64,000 bases of DNA from Cirrosporium novae-zelandiae (Eukaryota): positions 62,001 through 126,000 of the forward strand of contig JAPETS010000007.1 in the NCBI GenBank assembly GCA_026023565.1. Reading direction: 5' to 3'. The notes below the pieces were generated by a model that saw only the letters and a list, made by a program, of their open reading frames with translations, searched no databases and was not told the DNA's origin. This document shows positions 62,101 to 64,000 of the stretch, one piece after another (position 1 is the first letter of the stretch; each line of letters starts with the position of its first letter). Position numbers and translations under genes: made by a program.

Positions 62101-64000
62101 GATGATCTTCCTTTCTACTGTATCGGTTTCAAATCTGCCGCTCCAGAGTACACCCTCCGAACCCGAATTTGGGCATCCTTACGTTTCCAGACTCTTTACA
62201 GAACAATTTCTGGTTTCATGAATTACAGTCGTGCCATCAAACTTCTATATCGTGTAGAAAATCCCGAAGTCGTGCAAATGTTTGGCGGCAACTCGGACAA
62301 ACTTGAACGTGAATTGGAACGCATGGCTCGCCGAAAATTCAAGATCTGCGTTTCCATGCAACGATATGCCAAATTTAAAAAGGAAGAGCAAGAAAATGCC
62401 GAATTCCTTCTTCGTGCCTATCCCGACCTCCAGATTGCCTACTTGGATGAAGAACCTCCTGTCAATGAAGGCGAAGAGCCTCGCTTGTACTCGGCCCTTA
62501 TCGATGGACATTCTGAGATCATGGAAAACGGCATGCGTCGGCCCAAATTCCGCATTCAATTGTCTGGAAATCCTATCCTGGGTGACGGTAAATCCGACAA
62601 TCAGAATCATGCTATCATCTTCTACCGGGGTGAATATATCCAACTTATCGACGCTAACCAAGACAATTATCTCGAAGAATGCCTGAAGATTCGTAGTGTT
62701 CTCGCTGAATTTGAAGAAATGTCAACAGATAATGTTTCTCCCTACACTCCTGGCGTTGCTCCTGTGAAATTTAACCCGGTCGCTATCCTTGGTGCTCGCG
62801 AGTATATTTTCTCCGAGAACATTGGTATTCTTGGTGATATCGCTGCTGGCAAAGAACAAACTTTTGGTACCTTGTTTGCCCGTACTCTTGCCCAGATTGG
62901 TGGTAAACTTCATTACGGTCATCCTGATTTCCTGAATGGTACTTTCATGACAACTCGCGGTGGTGTATCTAAAGCCCAGAAGGGTCTACATCTTAACGAA
63001 GATATTTACGCCGGAATGAACGCTCTTCTCCGCGGTGGCCGTATTAAGCATTGTGAATACTATCAATGTGGTAAAGGTCGTGATCTCGGTTTTGGGTCAA
63101 TTTTGAACTTCACTACGAAAATTGGTACTGGTATGGGTGAACAGATGTTGTCTCGTGAATATTACTATCTTGGAACTCAGCTTCCCTTGGACCGCTTTTT
63201 ATCTTTCTACTACGCCCATCCTGGTTTCCATGTCAACAACACGTTCATTATGTTGTCTGTTCAGATGTTCATGATCTGTTGTATCAACTTGGGTGCTCTA
63301 CGTCATGAAACCATTAAATGCCGGTACAATAAGAACGTCCCCATCACCGATCCCCTCAAGCCGACGGGTTGCGCTAATACCTCCCCTATATTGAACTGGG
63401 TTTTCCGTTGCACGTTATCTATCTTTATTGTTTTCTTCATTTCCTTCGTGCCTCTGGTTGTCCAAGAGTTAACAGAGCGTGGATTCTGGCGTGCCGCAAC
63501 TCGTCTTGGGAAACAATTCGGTTCTCTCTCACCCTTTTTCGAAGTATTTGTTTGCCAGATCTATGCCCATGCCCTCCATCAAGATTTATCATTTGGCGGT
63601 GCTCGCTACATCGGTACTGGCCGTGGTTTCGCAACGGCCCGTCTGCCATTTGGTGTCCTCTATTCTCGATTCGCAGGACCATCAATTTACCTTGGTGCTC
63701 GATCATTGATGATGATGCTGTTCTCTACCTTGACAATTTGGACGGTGGCCTTCATTTACTTCTGGGTTACCATGGTTGCTCTTGTTGCATCACCTTTCCT
63801 CTTTAACCCTCACCAATTCTCGTGGAACGATTTCTTCATTGATTACCGTGATTTCCTGCGATGGTTATCCCGTGGCAACTCTCGGTCTCACGCCTCCTCC
63901 TGGATTGGTTTCTGCCGTCTGTCACGTACACGTATCACAGGTTACAAACGCAAAGTTCTTGGAGATCCCTCTCAAAAGCTTTCCGGTGATGTTGCCCGTG
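59114..64000 (+). CDS. FKS1: 1,3-beta-glucan synthase catalytic subunit (GT48), runs off the window; exons 59114-59277, 59325-59474, 59529->64000
   Basis: Q/Y/G-rich N-terminus; [37 protein letters not shown], hot spot 1 [56 protein letters not shown]. Confidence 0.97.

Noticed and set aside
59585..63806. Many short ORFs on both strands within FKS1
   Set aside because: Frame shadows. The real FKS1 frame is missing from the track only because it has no stop before the window end.

Overview
Eukaryotic DNA from a filamentous ascomycete (Pezizomycotina): standard genetic code, short introns (mostly 50-100 bp, GT..CTAAC/CTGAC..AG), gene-dense. I reconstructed 21 spliced or unspliced protein-coding genes by hand. 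In order: pericentrin-like SPB protein, Ecd/SGT1, Ubc12, Ilv5, a PLP serine/threonine dehydratase-racemase, Mak3/Naa30, Lro1 PDAT, an NsdC-type C2H2 factor, Pho84, a PPR protein, a Spo73/Mug65-like dysferlin-domain protein, a small 142-aa membrane-anchored protein, Cdt1, a GH28 endopolygalacturonase, a conserved orphan protein, Sds23-like CBS protein, a NYN/PIN nuclease-like protein, Mog1, a SprT/GCNA-like protease, a GH72 glucanosyltransferase and, head-to-head with it, Fks1 (cut by the window end). Other elements are a decayed MFS transporter pseudogene, a 252-bp TA-flanked MITE with 80-bp TIRs differing almost only by transitions (RIP-like), and several microsatellites. The best oddities are a required GC-AG intron with an atypical GCTAGT donor in MAK3, an in-frame uORF separated from the PPR gene by one TAG, a recurrent intergenic palindrome TACCTAGGTA, and two uncharacterised proteins (NYN nuclease, orphan regulator). 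I found no rRNA, tRNA or CRISPR, and no clear multi-gene novel system. All family assignments rest on motif recognition; no database search was run.
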